Below, one piece after another: positions 60,359 to 64,000 of a stretch of DNA of 64,000 bases. Below the pieces are notes generated by a model, which was given only the letters and a program-made list of their open reading frames with translations, did not search any database and was not told the origin of the DNA. The stretch spans positions 384,001 to 448,000 of the forward strand of contig CAVUPH010000014.1 of NCBI GenBank assembly GCA_963743305.1. Direction: 5' to 3'. Position 1 is the stretch's first letter; each line of letters begins with the position of its first letter. Both the position numbers and the translations under genes were made by a program. The stretch comes from an uncultured delta proteobacterium (GTDB taxonomy: Bacteria > Desulfobacterota > RBG-13-43-22).

Positions 60359-60814
60359 ATGCCTGGAAAAACGATACTGGAATTTATCGAGAAACTCGAG
60401 CCGGAAAAAGCCTTAAAAGAAATTTCTCTGGCGGTCAAAACCCTTTTCCCCATGCTGGACCAGGAATCCCGTCTGAATTTTGTGGTCAGCCTGATCGGGG
60501 ATGCCGGGGCGGACAAGGTGGCCAGCCTGGTGAACCTCTGACTGGCGGAATGCATGGACGAAGGTGTCGATCCAACCAAGATGTGCCAGAGTTTAGTGGA
60601 TAAGGTCTTTCAATCCAAACAGTTAAGAACCGTGGCCGAACCGGATATTTTAGCGCTTTTTGAAGACTGGCTGGAGGAATTGGAAGAGGAAATCATAAAT
60701 ATGGTAAAAAAGACCGGTTCCGATGATCTGGGGAAGTTGGCCCGAGGATTGGGGTTGTCCCGGGCCGGCGTAAATTTCCTGATCACCAAATTAAAGAGGG
60801 AAGAAAGGATTTAA
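60359..60814 (+). CDS. tsoA: Predicted selenoprotein with LULAEC motif and C-terminal HTH-like segment (TsoA-like)
   Basis: In-frame TGA at 60539-60541 joins ORFs 60359..60541 and 60554..60814 (VNL-U-LAECMDEG); hairpin at 60555-60574. Family name recalled, not searched. Confidence 0.8.
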
Positions 60815-60848
60815 AAAAGCCCTGACTTTTTCAGTGGAGGTGTTCGTT

Positions 60849-62583
60849 ATGAAGTAGAAAACCATTTTATTGCCGCATTCTCGGTGGCTCTGGTAATCGG
60901 GGCTCTCTGGTTTACCAACCGGGCCGTAACTCCAACGGCGGCTACCTGGGAAGATGTTCTCCAGGAAGCCCAGCGCGGCGGCTATCGGATCATCAAGACG
61001 GATGAGATCTGGGAACGGTATCAAAGAAATCCGCAGGACCTGATGCTGGTGGATACCCGTCAGGAATGGGAATATCGAACCGGACACCTCAAAGGAGCGG
61101 TTAATTTTCCCATGGAACCCACGGCCTGGTCCCGCTGGCGGAAACAGAAGGAGATGGCGACCTTTTTGGGACCCGATAAAAACCGCTTCCTCGTCTTTTA
61201 CTGAGCGGGCTTGACCTGAGTCCGCAGCGACTCCGCAGCCCGGGTGGCTGTCAAACTTGGCTACAAAAATGTATATCGCGATCCCTACGGATTTCCGGAA
61301 TGGCAGGCCAAAGGTTATCCCATCAGCAGCGCTCCGGCCGGCCTGTCCGGGGAAGCGGCCCCTCCCCAGACCCCCGGCCCCTTGTACGGCTGGGCCATGG
61401 TCTGGACCCTGCTGGGCATTTTTGCCGGAGGGATTGCCTTGAACCTGACACCATGTGTCTATCCCATGATCCCTATTACCGTTTCCTATTTTGGAGGGCG
61501 GAGCGGAGAGGGAAAGGGAAAACTATTGACCCATGGCCTGTTATACCTGGGGGGCCTATCGGCCACCAACTCCATTTTGGGGGTTGTCGCGGCCTTGACC
61601 GGTGGTCTTATGGGGGCCATGCTTCAAAACCCGATGGTCCTACTGGTCGTGGCCGCTATTCTGGTTTTTTTCGCCTCCAGCCTCTTCGGGTTTTGGGAAC
61701 TTCGTCTTCCCGGCGGCCTGACCCAGCATGGCTTCCAAATCTTATGCCGGATATTTCGGTTCCCTGTTTATGGGCTTGACGCTGGGCGTGGTGGCCGCAC
61801 CCTGCATCGGTCCTTTCGTTCTCGGACTCTTAACCTGGGTGGCCAGTATGGGGTCCCCATGGCTGGGGTTTATTGTCTTTTTTACCTTGAGCCTGGGCCT
61901 GGGGCTGCCTTTATTTTTTCTGGCCATGTTTTCCGGCAAGATCGAAAAACTACCCCGATCCGGAGAGTGGATGATCTGGGTTCGAAAACTGATGGGCTGG
62001 ATCCTGGTGGGCATGGCAGCCTATTTCATTCGGCCCCTCCTACCTGAAACCGTAGCGGTATTCCTTTTCGTTCTGGTAGCCTTGGGCGCCGGACTGCACC
62101 TCGGCTGGCTGGACAAGTCCCAGGCCGGCTTTCGGGCCTTCGCCTGGATGAAGGGTGGGGCCGGGATCGCCGGTCTGGTGATAGCCACTTTTATCCTGGG
62201 TTCCTGGATGATCCGCGGGCCGGGGGTGGCCTGGAATGCTTATTCGGACAAGCTTCTGGCGGAAGCGGCCCAAAACCGGAAACCGGTCATCATCGATTTC
62301 TATGCCACTTGGTGTACCCCCTGCCGGGAACTGGAGGAAATCACCTTTCACCAGCCTGAGGTGGTCACAAAGGGGAACCGGGATTATATTATGATAAAAG
62401 TGGACGTGACCCAAGCCGGGAACCCACTGAATGAACGGCTTCTCAGTCAGTATGGAATTAAAGGGGTCCCGACTGTGGTTTTTATAGATTCGAGCGGGAA
62501 AGAGCATCTGGAACTTAAGGCTGGTCGATTATCTTCCGCCGGACCAGTTCCTGAAGAAAATGGAAACAATAAATCAAAAATAA
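60849..62583 (+). CDS. tsoB: Predicted double-Sec rhodanese / DsbD-TM / thioredoxin fusion (TsoB-like); apparent indels at ~60853, ~61722, ~62518
   Basis: VDTR..WEY..GHLKGAVNFP; FY-U-AGLT-U-VRS (TGA 61202 and 61217, in frame with 61244); LTPCVYP, APCIGP; DFYATWCTPC, GVPT. Confidence 0.8.
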
Positions 62584-62596
62584 GAACACGGGAGGT

Positions 62597-63109
62597 TTGA
62601 TGGCGTATATAGAAAAATTTTTGGGAAGACGGGTCGAGGTCCCGGAGGATCGACGTTATGTCGTCAAACCGGGACTTTGGGCCAAGGCCGAAGGGGCGGA
62701 GGTGCGATTTGGGTTAACCGAACCGGAGTTGGTATTAGCCGGCGGTGTCAATGACCTGGAATGGCTGGTCTGGGATGGAGAAGAGGTGGAACAGGGACAA
62801 TCCATTGCCATCGCCATCACCGGAAAAATTAAATATATTGACGCTCCCGTAGCCGGGGTCCTGCGGCTGAATCCCGGGATAAAGGAAGCCACGGCCCTCA
62901 TTGCCCGGGACTCCTATGGAGAGGGATGGTTGTTTCAAATCAAAACCAGGTCCGAAGCGAATTTCGCCCTGGAGGAACTGTCTTCGGCTGAAGCCTATGT
63001 AGAGAGCCTCCAAAATTCAGAAGGATGCAAGAATCCGGAAGGACTAAAGGGCGGGGTTTCCGGGATCTGCAAGGCGGTTTATACCGGGATCAAAGAACAA
63101 AAATTTTAG
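62597..63109 (+). CDS. GcvH-like (lipoyl-carrier fold) protein with Cys-containing C-terminal extension
   Basis: RRY...LW, VRFGLT, APVAG...NP, DSYGEGWLF; canonical ESxK replaced by AITGK. Confidence 0.75.
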   Translation: MMAYIEKFLGRRVEVPEDRRYVVKPGLWAKAEGAEVRFGLTEPELVLAGGVNDLEWLVWDGEEVEQGQSIAIAITGKIKYIDAPVAGVLRLNPGIKEATALIARDSYGEGWLFQIKTRSEANFALEELSSAEAYVESLQNSEGCKNPEGLKGGVSGICKAVYTGIKEQKF

Positions 63110-63130
63110 AAAAAAGAAAGGAGAACCCCA

Positions 63131-63448
63131 ATGGTCAAAGTTCGCTGTTTTTATAATGAACCCAATGGAAAGCCTTGAAAGCATTTTCAGGAAATGATGC
63201 CCAGGTTGGGCCAAAAGTACGAAATTGAGGTTGAAATACTATCCAAACCTATAGCTGAATACAATACGGATGAATATTTTGAGTTGGAATTGCCGGTGGC
63301 TCCAGCCATCATGGTGGATGACCAGATCCTGGTGGAAGGCTCCGATGTTTCTGAAGAAAAATTGGAGAACGCCATCCGCGCCAAACTGGGCCTGGAGGCT
63401 ATAGTGATAGAAAAAAAAGGGGTTCTGGGGCGGCTTTTCGGTCGGTAA
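63131..63448 (+). CDS. tsoC: Predicted thioredoxin-fold selenoprotein with NEPNGKPU motif (TsoC-like)
   Basis: RBS AAGGAG, ATG 63131, MVKVRCFYNEPNGKP-U(63176)-KHFQEMMPR in frame with ORF 63194; APAIMVD; hairpin at 63199-63211. Confidence 0.82.
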
Positions 63449-63472
63449 AGGCCGTCCGACGGGTAGATCTTC

Positions 63473-63589
63473 ATGCCTGGAGCAGAGGTTTTCGACCGGC
63501 AGGCGGAACGGTACGACGCCTGGTTTGAACGGCATCCGCCAGACAATCTTTCATCCGACAAAAGGAACGGAACAGGCGATACCGGTTGA
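63473..63589 (+). pseudogene. N-terminal remnant of a class I SAM-dependent methyltransferase
   Basis: MPGAEVFDRQAERYDAWFERHP, then unrelated sequence and a stop. Confidence 0.55.
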
Positions 63590-63653
63590 AGAGGGATATG
63601 GCGGGGGGCTCTTTATAGTAATTAAAGCGAATAAATAATAGGGGACAAAATAA

Positions 63654-64000
63654 GTGAAAGGGAAAACCGGTCCAGGAAAAGGGGCTATGGTAAAAGCCTT
63701 GGTATTGGTTGCATTTATTGCCGCTGCGGTATATGTTATTCGCTTTAGCCCGGTTAAAGATTTTTTGACTGTCGAGGCGATGAGACGATTCCTGGACATC
63801 TCCGGGTTTTGGGCGCCGGTGATCTTTATATTGATTTATACGGCTGGGATCTGTCTGTTGGTGCCCGGTTCGCTCCTGACCACCCTCGGGGCGGCGATCT
63901 TCGGGGCCTATTGGGGATTTCTCTACGTCCTGATCGGGGCTGTGCTGGGGGCCACCGCCGCCTTTTTTATCGGCCGGTATCTGGGCCGGGACTTTGCCGC
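63654..64000 (+). CDS. TVP38/TMEM64 (VTT/DedA superfamily) membrane protein, partial
   Basis: Manual translation: ...GFWAPVIFILIY...LLVPGSLLTTLGAAIFGAYWG...GAVLGATAAFFIGRYLGRDF; runs off the window end. Confidence 0.85.
   Translation, partial: MKGKTGPGKGAMVKALVLVAFIAAAVYVIRFSPVKDFLTVEAMRRFLDISGFWAPVIFILIYTAGICLLVPGSLLTTLGAAIFGAYWGFLYVLIGAVLGATAAFFIGRYLGRDFA

Noticed and set aside
60855-60857. ATG-AAG-TAG at the tsoB start as amber readthrough or a regulatory mini-ORF
   Set aside because: Readthrough would not reach the rhodanese frame; one missing base restores it. It remains worth a read-level check.

Overview
This looks like a chromosomal window of an anaerobic Desulfobacterota-like bacterium, inferred from gene content: hcp, HdrA/MvhD, a corrinoid methyltransferase, a DVU0150-type operon and sigma-54 promoters. 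It is probably near the replication origin because it carries parS-parA-parB. At least nine genes carry 1-bp indels that look like uncorrected long-read errors, so split ORFs and apparent fusions need caution. The left half holds acyl-CoA metabolism genes, a two-component system with degP, dedA/mgtA, a corrinoid methyltransferase with its activator, amt and housekeeping genes. The right half is a sulfur/redox region: a sigma-54 usp-DVU0150-tauE operon, a sigma-54 tusA-mvhD-hdrA-hdrA-wHTH-hdrC-CCG-dsrE cluster with altered Fe-S ligands, and hcp. The strongest signal is at 59963-64000, an ArsR-led operon that the ORF track fragments. Three of its genes contain four in-frame UGA codons (LULAEC; FYUAGLTUVRS in a rhodanese-DsbD-thioredoxin fusion; NEPNGKPU), with SECIS-like hairpins downstream. 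The operon also has an atypical GcvH-like protein. From memory these motifs match the motif-defined TsoA/TsoB/TsoC selenoprotein families, whose function I do not know to be established. No CRISPR array, rRNA or tRNA was recognised. All family assignments come from motif recognition, not database searches.
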